Source: Fibrobacterota bacterium
GTDB lineage: Bacteria; Fibrobacterota; Fibrobacteria; UBA11236
Assembly (NCBI GenBank): GCA_043753995.1
Contig: JAYUVP010000149.1
Coordinates: 1-49,931 of the forward strand
Reading direction: 5' to 3'
DNA length: 49,931 nt
The notes beneath the pieces are model-generated. The model worked only from the letters and a program-made list of their open reading frames with translations, ran no database searches and was not told the DNA's origin. Of the stretch, positions 1-8,174 are shown piece after piece. Positions within the stretch are counted from its first letter, which is position 1; each line of letters starts with the position of its first letter. The position numbers and the translations under genes were made by a program.

Positions 1-582
1 ATAAGCCGGTGTAAAATCATATATCGGCGGGTAAAGAGTTTCACCGAAAAGGCATAAATCTTGTTTGAAGGTTTCGCTCCCCAGGGTCATCTTCAGGCCG
101 AATGTGCGATAGCGCGCATCATCCAACCATATCCATCCACCCGTATGGAGGACGGTGGGATACGCCTCGGAGCGGAACAGGTATTCGCCCAGATTACGGG
201 CATAGTCATTGTATTTGTAGGGCAGATAGCCGACACTCCAATTCATGTGGTGGGTCGGTGACCACTTCAGGAATGCCTGCGAAATGCTCGGACCGAACTG
301 GATGCCATTGGCGTTGGCAGCATCGTTTCGAAGTTCATTGGGTTTCCAAAAAATTCCACGCAAACCACCCGTGATCTGGAATTGTTGCGCCCATTGAAAG
401 CTTAGTTCGGCGTCCAGATAACTGCGGAATAGAATCGAACCCGAAGGATCGTACTGGTTAACGACATCGTATGCATTTTCCAGACGCCCGGCATCCGTTG
501 CGGCGAATAGATGAAACTCCATCCCCGCCTGGGTGGTCGCGATAGCAGCTAGGCAAAGTGCTGCGGCTCTAATAGTCTTCAT
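1..582 (-). CDS. Secreted/outer-membrane protein, Fibrobacterota-type family (partial, runs off window start)
   Basis: Not in ORF track. Read by hand from ATG at 582: MKTIRAAALCLAAIATTQA (signal peptide)...GYLPYKYNDYARNLGEYLFRSEAYP, open to position 1. Confidence 0.7.
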   Translation of the reverse strand, partial: MKTIRAAALCLAAIATTQAGMEFHLFAATDAGRLENAYDVVNQYDPSGSILFRSYLDAELSFQWAQQFQITGGLRGIFWKPNELRNDAANANGIQFGPSISQAFLKWSPTHHMNWSVGYLPYKYNDYARNLGEYLFRSEAYPTVLHTGGWIWLDDARYRTFGLKMTLGSETFKQDLCLFGETLYPPIYDFTPAY

Positions 583-710
583 TGTGATTGGAACCTTGAT
601 AAGGATGATTGGGAGATTCGATCCCAAACGGCGGAGATCTAATGGTATTAATATTTGATCAATCCCTTATCACAGCCATTCTCATCACATCTCTCTGCAC
701 CACCTGCCAG

Positions 711-753
711 CCAAGGCACGTCACAGAGGCATTACAGCAATTTCTGGCTTGCG
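711..753 (+). pseudogene. Short IS91-family transposase remnant (inverted relative to the other copies)
   Basis: ccaaggcacgtcacagaggcattacagcaatttctggcttgcg (HVTEALQQFLAC) aligns to the reverse complement of the remnants at 16973-17057 and 23164-23248. Confidence 0.45.
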
Positions 754-772
754 ACAATTGATGGATTATTGG

Positions 773-801
773 GTGCACAAGCAAATCATGTTTCCCATAA
801 A
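773..801 (-). repeat. Highly degenerate oriIS-like motif (copy A0)
   Basis: GTGCACAAGCAAATCA..TTTCCCAT matches 13/16 of GAGCATAGGCAAATCA and keeps TTTCCCAT after a deletion. Confidence 0.3.
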
Positions 802-811
802 TAACAGTCGC

Positions 812-912
812 TCCTAACTTTGAACTGAGCCAATAAAGGCCTTCAACAGGCTTGATTCAACGGCGGCCAAGAAGCTGGGCTGCGTTTCCGGTGCCCGCAT
901 TGCTGGTTAGAT
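812..912 (-). other. Possible degenerate integron attC-like site
   Basis: Minus strand ATCTAAC (912-906)...GTTAGGA (818-812), ~100 bp, downstream of the minus-strand gene pair. L boxes pair poorly. Confidence 0.25.
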
Positions 913-970
913 GCAACCCAACTGGCCTTTCTCTCCTGGCATAGAGATAAGGTTTGGAAATCAAATTAGA

Positions 971-1798
971 TCACGCCACAAACAGATCGCGCTGCTGCTC
1001 GTGGGGAATCGGAAAGACACCGATAATTACCCAAGGATTGGGTGCGCGGAAGTGGAATTCTTGCGTGGTCCCCAAGAAAAAATGAAGGTCGGTCTTGGCG
1101 AACGCATCCAAATATTTTTGCCGGACTTTCGCCAGGGCCTGACGCTCGTCGCCATCGCAGGACTTAATCGTGTTCCAGTACAACGCACCGGCTTCCCAAT
1201 CGAGAACCTGAAGCTCGCTGGTTTTCCCATCTGCGTCTTCGAATTTGTACGAAAAACTATACGGTAATTTGGGAATGACTTTGAATGTCTGACGCCAGGC
1301 GTCTTCTTCGAACAACTCCCGCTGACCGGTTTTGTCTCGCATCTCCCGAACTTTTTCGGGGTCCCAATCGCGTTCTTCTTCTTCACAACTGAATCCAAGG
1401 ATCCGCGTCGGCTTGAATACCGCTAAAGATACCTGGTTGCTTTTCGCGCCATCGATCAATTCCCCAAGGCGCGAATAAACCCGTGAAGTTTTAAGTAGAA
1501 GGCGACGGCGTTCACGCCAGTTATCAGTGGTGCCAACATGGGCCACTGAAGTGAGTTCAGCGAAATCTGCTGGCCGAAAAGTTTCTGGACGAGGATCGGA
1601 TTGATTACGATTGAGCCGGCATTCCACCCAATCAAACTTCGAATATTGCTGCGTCTCTTCCAGTCGCCGAAAGGGAACAGGATAAATTCTGATCCACGTT
1701 CCGTCTTCCCGAATGCCGGCAGTGCAAACCGTCTCCCCGTATCTTCTGGAGAGAGTCGGATATGTCTTCACGGTAATAAGAACGCGTTCCTTGGCCAC
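971..1798 (-). CDS. DUF488-associated conserved protein (dual OB-fold-like; ITVKTYP...YGETVCTAG...WIRIYPVPFR)
   Basis: ORF 971..1855. Likely GTG start at 1798 with GAGGA RBS, 7 bp after the DUF488 stop. Confidence 0.8.
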   Translation of the reverse strand: MAKERVLITVKTYPTLSRRYGETVCTAGIREDGTWIRIYPVPFRRLEETQQYSKFDWVECRLNRNQSDPRPETFRPADFAELTSVAHVGTTDNWRERRRLLLKTSRVYSRLGELIDGAKSNQVSLAVFKPTRILGFSCEEEERDWDPEKVREMRDKTGQRELFEEDAWRQTFKVIPKLPYSFSYKFEDADGKTSELQVLDWEAGALYWNTIKSCDGDERQALAKVRQKYLDAFAKTDLHFFLGTTQEFHFRAPNPWVIIGVFPIPHEQQRDLFVA

Positions 1799-1805
1799 TT
1801 CATCC

Positions 1806-2702
1806 TCATAGATGTGATGCAGTAAACTTTGATCCGAAATTCCGCTCCAACGCATCGGAAACGCAATGCCTGTGGCATTGATGCGGCATCCTTTCGAAGC
1901 ATGTCAAGGCGACTACCGAACCAGATGCTACCCAACCTTGGATTTTCTCCAGAGCTGGTGTTTGCTTCGGAAGGTCATCGCGTTCGTATTTCCGGAACAG
2001 GCGATCATAGTCCGCTTGCTGATCGAGGTCCTTGCGGCGTTCGGAAACGATTCCGAGTTCTGGCAAATGTTCGTAGTGGATGCCAAGGTTCTCGCAGCTC
2101 GAAGACAATGCCCCTTTGGAGAAACCGAATTTCCGGCTGATGGGATTGTTCCGTACATCGCAAAGCAGGTTGACGCCTGCTTGGAGGAGGATATTCAAGT
2201 ATCCCTCTAGGGTTCGCCCCTCATATCCCAAAGTCGCAACCGAAGGGATCTTTGGTTTAGGGCTTGCAGATTTTATTCTGCTTTGAGCCGACGCATCGCC
2301 TTTTAACACTCGATCTGAAATTTCCGATCGAACGGCATAGTAAGGGTAACGCCGATAGGTTTCTGCAACCAAATCATCCCCACGTACATTTCGATATTTT
2401 CGGACTAATTCAGAAATACGATCATTTATGTCACGATTATTGGCGATGGCTTTCTTTCCCGCCTCAGTTAGCTCCCAATGTTTTTCTGACCCGGTCAATA
2501 GTTCAAGTTGAGTCAGTTTGCGTCGGTCGGCGTAGGAGGTGAACGAAAACGCTCCAAACTTATAAGGCACGAATTCAAAAGGAGCCAGATCCCCTGCTTC
2601 TTGGCAGTACAGGAATAGCAACTTCTGAAAATCAAGGTTTAGAACTTTACCACCTAGGGAGTTCAGGAGAGCTAGTAACAATTTTTGTCTGGAAAATATC
2701 AT
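1806..2702 (-). CDS. DUF488 domain protein with N-terminal winged-helix (FQKLLFL...PYKFGAFS)
   Basis: TLGYEG, DVRNNPISRKFGFSK, YEHLPELG and CFERMPHQCHR motifs typical of DUF488. Confidence 0.85.
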   Translation of the reverse strand: MIFSRQKLLLALLNSLGGKVLNLDFQKLLFLYCQEAGDLAPFEFVPYKFGAFSFTSYADRRKLTQLELLTGSEKHWELTEAGKKAIANNRDINDRISELVRKYRNVRGDDLVAETYRRYPYYAVRSEISDRVLKGDASAQSRIKSASPKPKIPSVATLGYEGRTLEGYLNILLQAGVNLLCDVRNNPISRKFGFSKGALSSSCENLGIHYEHLPELGIVSERRKDLDQQADYDRLFRKYERDDLPKQTPALEKIQGWVASGSVVALTCFERMPHQCHRHCVSDALERNFGSKFTASHL

Positions 2703-2741
2703 ATTTATTTCTCAAAGATAGGCAAGGTCATTGACGAGCAT

Positions 2742-2828
2742 GAGCATAGGAATATCAAAACTCCTTTTCCATCAAAATCCGTTTTCTCACGCCTCATCCC
2801 ATTCAGCCCAAACCACCCCCACCCTTCC
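2742..2828 (-). repeat. oriIS-like end motif, copy A1 with ~50-bp extension
   Basis: GAGCATAGGAATATCAAAACTCCTTTTCCATCAAAA (minus strand ...GTTTTGATATTCCTATGCTC). Extension aligns with 7907-7958. Confidence 0.75.
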
Positions 2829-2849
2829 TCTTGCAGGGTTATTAGCGAA

Positions 2850-3881
2850 TTAGTCCGAAACACCGCCAGTTGTCGTGCGGGCCAGAAAGCCATCCCTTCC
2901 AGCCGCGAAAGCCAGGTTGCGGTCCACTGCCGAAACGATGAAGAGCGGTGAACCATAATCGGTCTTCTGGGTCCAATTCTCACCTCCATCCAAAGTTCTA
3001 AGCGAAACGCCGATACCCATGGCAAAGGCCGTTTCCGTGTTCACGGCTGAAACCGAAAAAAGTGAATGCGTAGTGCCACTGATTTGTCGAACCCATGTCA
3101 AACCCCCATCCGTGGTTTTAAGAATGGTCCCGTTCAATCCCACAGCCCAACCCACTCGCGCATCTACAAAGCTGACTGACTTTAGGCCTGGTAAGGAGTC
3201 TGCCGGACGGATAAACCGGGTCACATATCGGTTACCGTCCTTGCTTGTTTTGGTTATATAGCCTCCCTGATCGTCCTTCCAGTCCGAACCCACGGCAACC
3301 CAGGAGGATTCCGCGAGGAGCTGTACTCCCGTCAACCAGCCGTCCAAAGTGAAGGAAGCTGAAGTCCAAGTGGTTCCGCCGTCCAAGGTTAGGAATTGAC
3401 TGCCGTGAAGGCCAACCGTAATGGCGACCTGCGGGGATAGCATGTCAATAGCATTCAGGCCTCCAGACGATGCTGAATGGACCTGGGTCCATGACGCGCC
3501 CCCGTTGGACGTTTTGATGGTGACGCTTTTGTTGGCCTCGTTGTAGCCGGTTGCGATAGCGATATTCCCATCCCATGCTGACAAACCGCCAAGCGTCAAA
3601 ATGGTATTGGAAACCTGAATTTGCCAGGACTTCCCCCCGTTAACCGTTTTTGCAAGCAGGCCATCTTCGCCAGAGGCGAAAGCCGTATTGGCATCTACCG
3701 CGGATACGGCATAGAAGTACAGGGAGTCGACCAAGCTTTGACCTACCCAATCTTTGGAGATCGGATGAGTTAGAACCGGATTCCCGTCTTCTTTCCAACA
3801 CCCCACCCCATATAAAACTTGTAAGGGAAAGAGAAAGCCGATCCACCATGTCAGTTTTTTGCTACGGATGAAGCGCTTCAT
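2850..3881 (-). CDS. YCF48/BNR-repeat beta-propeller lipoprotein
   Basis: Repeated T-x-[DN]-G-G-x-[ST]-W motifs; hydrophobic N-terminus ending in VGC. Confidence 0.85.
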   Translation of the reverse strand: MKRFIRSKKLTWWIGFLFPLQVLYGVGCWKEDGNPVLTHPISKDWVGQSLVDSLYFYAVSAVDANTAFASGEDGLLAKTVNGGKSWQIQVSNTILTLGGLSAWDGNIAIATGYNEANKSVTIKTSNGGASWTQVHSASSGGLNAIDMLSPQVAITVGLHGSQFLTLDGGTTWTSASFTLDGWLTGVQLLAESSWVAVGSDWKDDQGGYITKTSKDGNRYVTRFIRPADSLPGLKSVSFVDARVGWAVGLNGTILKTTDGGLTWVRQISGTTHSLFSVSAVNTETAFAMGIGVSLRTLDGGENWTQKTDYGSPLFIVSAVDRNLAFAAGRDGFLARTTTGGVSD

Positions 3882-3883
3882 TT

Positions 3884-4147
3884 GCGCATAGGTAAATCAA
3901 AACCTCCTTCCAATCAAAATCCGGCTACTTCACCTTTGCAATCAAACGAATGCGTGCCGCCGCATTCCGGAAACAACACGCCCCCCACCAAAGACCCGCA
4001 GCATTAGCTCTTGCCCGGGGATGTATTAGCTCTAGCCATGCCCTGGGGGAAGGCGAGGCCGACAAGGGCGACGGGGTAAGGCGGGCCGAGCCTGGGGGGC
4101 GTTTGGGAAGCCCGGAACGAGCGGCTGAGCCCCCCGGAAATCCAGGG
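3884..4147 (-). mobile_element. Non-autonomous IS91-like mini-element (oriIS-like A2 at 3884-3923 plus C module at 4041-4147)
   Basis: GCGCATAGGTAAATCAAAACCTCCTTCCAATCAAAA at the left end. The C module is 100/107 identical to 23321-23427. Confidence 0.65.
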
Positions 4148-4157
4148 TACTTGCCCT

Positions 4158-5429
4158 TTACTTCCAGTTCTTCCGTTGGGGATTGGTCCAGGGTGATTTG
4201 CACATGATGCAATCGTCCCCGTAGAAGTAATTCTTCGCTCCCTGATCGTTATATATCCAATAGCGAATCCAGGCGATGATGGCGGGAGTCTCATTGCCCC
4301 CCTGCACCCCATTCACGATCCCTTGGATATACCCGTGATCGGCGCCGGTCATCATACCGAAAAAGGTTTGGGTCTTTGACGCCGCATAGCTCGGGGCCAG
4401 CCATGATTGGCCGCCATTCAGATCATTGGTACCGCCGATCATGAGCATGGGAACGCGGGTATCGCCCTCCGCCGAATGGCCGTGAATGGCCACAACCGTG
4501 GCGAGGGCTGCATGCCCTCCGATTTCGATGGACCCGGTGGCTCCCACGGAGTAACCCATGGCCACCCCTTTGTTGACGGCGATTTTGCCCTGATAGTCGC
4601 TACCGGCAACCGCATTCTGTGCGATGATCCACTCCAGTCCGGCAATCAAACGCTGACGCGTGACCGCGTCGCCCGGGCCGCCGGTGAGTGGCCGTGCGAT
4701 CACCACGAAACCGTGGCTGGCGATGCGCTGAATCAGATTGCTCAACTGCGAGACCTGCATACCCGTTCCCGGCCCGAAGGTGATGGGCGCGTGCAAGAAT
4801 CCATTGGCCCCCAGGGTCTTAGGCCGAATGATGGTGTAAGAGCCGTCGGGTCCTTTTCCGGTTTCGGTGACGACTTCATAGGGACCCATGGCCGAGTAAT
4901 TGGTCACCGGAGGCAGGGAGGAGCCGGCATTCAAAACTATGGCAAGGTTGGTTTGGCTATAGGAGTCGATGGGAGTTTTTACGGAGGTAAAGCCGGCCTT
5001 TTCGGTCAGCAAGGTGTCGACTGCCGCAGCCGTCGCCGACTTCCGGGCCAGCACCGCTGAAGCTTCGCTTTGCGCGGCTCTAAGTACCAAGGGGATATCG
5101 GCTATCCTTTTCCCATCCGCAGCGAACAGGGCGGTGGTGCTAGCCAAGTCGGAGGCCGCGAAGGCAAATCGAAATTGGCTACCGACAAGGGAGCCTCCTT
5201 TGATTTTTTGGGCCTGCGCACTCGAAAATCCCCGATCGAATACCGAAACCGATGGGTTAATCGTGAATGCCCCCGAGGCATTGGTATTGACGTGAACCGA
5301 GGTATCCGACACCAGGGAAACCTTGGCGCCCGCGATGGCGGCTCCTTGATTGTCTTTAACGGTTCCCGTGAGGGCGAAAACCTGCCCTCCCATCATGAGA
5401 AACGCCCACATTCCAACTGAAAAACGCAT
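4158..5429 (-). CDS. Secreted alpha/beta-hydrolase (cutinase/chlorophyllase-like) with N-terminal carboxypeptidase-regulatory-like domain
   Basis: Signal peptide; GTVKD..GAAIAGAKVSL; GPY, ASHGFVVIA, nucleophile G-Y-S-V-G, GGTND, GADH. Confidence 0.8.
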   Translation of the reverse strand: MRFSVGMWAFLMMGGQVFALTGTVKDNQGAAIAGAKVSLVSDTSVHVNTNASGAFTINPSVSVFDRGFSSAQAQKIKGGSLVGSQFRFAFAASDLASTTALFAADGKRIADIPLVLRAAQSEASAVLARKSATAAAVDTLLTEKAGFTSVKTPIDSYSQTNLAIVLNAGSSLPPVTNYSAMGPYEVVTETGKGPDGSYTIIRPKTLGANGFLHAPITFGPGTGMQVSQLSNLIQRIASHGFVVIARPLTGGPGDAVTRQRLIAGLEWIIAQNAVAGSDYQGKIAVNKGVAMGYSVGATGSIEIGGHAALATVVAIHGHSAEGDTRVPMLMIGGTNDLNGGQSWLAPSYAASKTQTFFGMMTGADHGYIQGIVNGVQGGNETPAIIAWIRYWIYNDQGAKNYFYGDDCIMCKSPWTNPQRKNWK

Positions 5430-5737
5430 ACCAACCCCTTATCTGATCGTCTTTTTCCGCAAAGTCATGATAAGCCCACGAAGGATAATTCGCTTGATGA
5501 TGGACGATAATTTCTTCCTTGGAACTTTCTAGCGGCCTGGGTTTCGCCATCTTTGGCGGACCTTTTGGCCTCCGTTGCCTATGCATTTCCATCCCCATTG
5601 ACATTTTCCTGCACCGAATTATCCACCCCATTCCATCAACTGCTTTATGTGACAAGAGAAGAAATTCATTTGGGCGAAACGTTTCGAAAGGCATTGCCCG
5701 AGTGGAGATACGAAGGGTTATGGATATCACATATTGG

Positions 5738-5872
5738 ATTGGAGGTCGCGTCATTGACCGGCCCAGTGAAATGCCACACACCTTGAAACCCGTTGGTTGT
5801 CTTGAAAACTGCCGCTCCATTGGACCTGTCAGGAACCGCGCCCTTGAGTGGGTGCCACACCATTTGAACGAT
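5738..5872 (-). pseudogene. Internal fragment of a DUF2341/LamG-type protein
   Basis: IVQMVWH..SNGAAVFKTTNGFQGVWHF..NDATSN resembles the DUF2341-LamG junction motif; no plausible full ORF around it. Confidence 0.5.
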
Positions 5873-5997
5873 GTTCGCGCCTGCAGGGGATGTATTGAGG
5901 TGAATACAATGGCCGCCATGCGTGAGATAAGAGCAAGTGGACCGGGATATTCGTTCTTGATTCCTATTTTTCGACTGCGCCGGAACCCCTTGGAGTA

Positions 5998-6819
5998 TTG
6001 ATGCGAAAATCCACGCTTGCTTACCTACTCTGCGGTTGCATACTCACCGCCGCCGCTGCGGTATGCGCCGGTGGCTGGTTCATGGTCTATAACTTCAAGG
6101 GAAGCGTCGGCAATTATCCTATCACCTTGAGCTTCCAGATGCTCAAAGTGGATTCAACTTGTAAAACCACTCACGGCGCGCCTTGCCACAATCTGACGGG
6201 CCTGTATAAATACGATAAAGTGAATGAGATGATTCCGTTGCGTGGCGACCTCATCTGGAAAACCGGACAGGTTGTTTTGGAAGAGATGAAACCGGGCAGC
6301 TCCCTCCGGTCGGCGGCATCGCCGAAGTCCCTCCAGGCTCGTTTCGAGTTCCAGTTCAGCAAAGGCTCCACCCAAGGGACCTGGAAATCCCTGAAAGGTC
6401 CCCGGGCCTATCCGCTCCGTCTTGATTTCGTTTCTTCCTTGATCGACACTTTCAATACCTTCCGTGACAGCACGGAAAAATCAGACGGCGTTGTGGATAT
6501 TCCGATGCATGTCACCGCAGCCAATCAATATTTCGTAGGCGTATACGATTACGATTATCTGAAGTACCAGGAGCGCGGCGCGGTGTTGACGTCCATCAAG
6601 GTGCTCGATAAAAAAACCAATCGTCTCATCCAAAGGATCGAAATGCCTCTGGAAGGACATGCCTCGATGGGGGCTAACGTGACCACTATTTACGAAAACG
6701 TTGGCCTGGAAAAGGGCGTTTTGTGGGTTTCCTTCGGCAGCGGGGGGAGGAGCGATGGCGCGCTAGAGTATCGGTGGAATAAGCGGAAATCCCGGTATGT
6801 CATGATGCCTGAGGAGTAA
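5998..6819 (+). CDS. Hypothetical secreted protein
   Basis: 273-aa ORF with N-terminal hydrophobic signal; FKGSVGNYPITL...GLYKYDK..IPLRG motif. Confidence 0.7.
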   Translation: MMRKSTLAYLLCGCILTAAAAVCAGGWFMVYNFKGSVGNYPITLSFQMLKVDSTCKTTHGAPCHNLTGLYKYDKVNEMIPLRGDLIWKTGQVVLEEMKPGSSLRSAASPKSLQARFEFQFSKGSTQGTWKSLKGPRAYPLRLDFVSSLIDTFNTFRDSTEKSDGVVDIPMHVTAANQYFVGVYDYDYLKYQERGAVLTSIKVLDKKTNRLIQRIEMPLEGHASMGANVTTIYENVGLEKGVLWVSFGSGGRSDGALEYRWNKRKSRYVMMPEE

Positions 6820-6960
6820 GGGGGTTGGAGCATCTCAAGAATCTTATCAATCGAGGCGACTCGATAACTGAATCCAAAAGATCGGTGCGATTTCGTGTGG
6901 GCCGCCAAAGCCGAGTCCTTGCTTCTTCCCTGAAGGGTCCCCTTGCTAGATTGATGACGC

Positions 6961-7863
6961 ATGGGAAACCCGTCCCTCGCTCCATGGTTTCGGATTTTGA
7001 TCGCGCTCCCCGCCGCGGCGTCCATGCTCTGCGCCTGCGCCGGCTCCTTCCTCTTCGAGGACATGCACGCCGAATACCAACCGACCGAAATCCCCGCCGT
7101 GTTCGCATCCGGGAAGCGCGGTTGGATCCTTTCGGGATTCATCACCGGCAACAACCAGGATCCCATCCATTTCCTGCGCGAGGATTCGGTGTGGTGGGAA
7201 TCCGCGGATAGCTCCAGATTCTTCCTCGACTCCGGCGCATCCTTCTCCCAACGTACTCCCGGGGTGCTGCACGGGGACTACCGCATCGAACGCAGCCGAA
7301 TCCAGGTAGGCGGCGCCCTCGCCTACCAGCGCCGGCATTGGTTCTGCGGGGTTTCGCTGGCCCAAGGCTCCTCCCTTGGTTTGGGTCAGGTGGGAGCCTT
7401 CGGGGGCTGGTCCCAGCCCATGGGCAATTGGGTCCCGCTCATCGCCGGAGGTGGGTACGCGAATCGGGTGCGGACCACGGGGAAGGTTTGGCATGAAATA
7501 GCAACCTTTCCCATTCCCATTGGGGAAAACGGCACGCCCGATGGCTATTTCCCGGATACCGCCCAGGGGCACAGAACCCATTTTTCCATGCCCGTGCGGA
7601 TAGGTGTCCTTTATAGGGTGGGTCGGGACTTCGCGCCTTATTTCACCCTCGCGGGCAACTCAGTGTCCGTGTGGCCGGGAGAGGAGGATGACCCCGGCCG
7701 ATACGAGGTATTGGATTCCGATATTGCCCTGGGTGCGAGATATTCTCCCTATCCGAACATGACATTGGGAGTGGAGCTGGCCTTGACGACGGTGGACGGA
7801 CCGAACTCCTATTCGGCAGATGCGGCCAAGGTGGCGCTTACGGTGGAACGGGCCTGGCGGTGA
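6961..7863 (+). CDS. Hypothetical lipoprotein / outer-membrane beta-barrel-like protein
   Basis: 300-aa ORF, signal ending in LCAC, alternating amphipathic strands, aromatic residue near the C-terminus. Confidence 0.65.
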   Translation: MGNPSLAPWFRILIALPAAASMLCACAGSFLFEDMHAEYQPTEIPAVFASGKRGWILSGFITGNNQDPIHFLREDSVWWESADSSRFFLDSGASFSQRTPGVLHGDYRIERSRIQVGGALAYQRRHWFCGVSLAQGSSLGLGQVGAFGGWSQPMGNWVPLIAGGGYANRVRTTGKVWHEIATFPIPIGENGTPDGYFPDTAQGHRTHFSMPVRIGVLYRVGRDFAPYFTLAGNSVSVWPGEEDDPGRYEVLDSDIALGARYSPYPNMTLGVELALTTVDGPNSYSADAAKVALTVERAWR

Positions 7864-7869
7864 ACCACC

Positions 7870-7958
7870 GAGCCTAGGTAAATCAAAACCCCTTTCCTAT
7901 CAAAAACCGCCTTCTCCCACCACAATCCATTCACCCCAAGGCACAACCCAAGCTTCCC
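7870..7958 (-). repeat. oriIS-like end motif, copy A3 with extension
   Basis: GAGCCTAGGTAAATCAAAACCCCTTTCCTATCAAAAACCGCCTTCTC, starting 6 bp after the 7863 stop. Confidence 0.8.
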
Positions 7959-7966
7959 ATGTTTTA

Positions 7967-7989
7967 GAAACGCTCCTGTGGAGCGTTTC
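7967..7989. repeat. REP-like perfect hairpin
   Basis: GAAACGCTCC-TGT-GGAGCGTTTC, 10-bp perfect stem, preceded by TTA (TTAG vs GTAG of REPs). Confidence 0.45.
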
Positions 7990-8174
7990 CGAGGTAGCGT
8001 CCCGGTTAACCCAATCAGTCCGGATACTCCGGCCGGGCGACCGCAAAAGGAGTTTTTAGACCGGCTCAAATAACCGCTTTGGGTTCCTTTGCAGCAATTC
8101 CGTCACCACCGGCTATTTGAAGCCAGCACACCCGAATGAAAAACTATGATATACTCAAACAGGAACAATCCTTT

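Noticed and set aside
4041..4147. C module as SRP RNA, 6S RNA or tRNA
   Set aside because: Lacks the SRP CAGG..GGAA..AGCAG core and any cloverleaf or TTC loop.
5356..6001. ORFs 5356..5919(-) and 5519..6001(+) as real genes
   Set aside because: No recognisable motifs or RBS; the only meaningful peptide is the DUF2341-like scrap in another frame.
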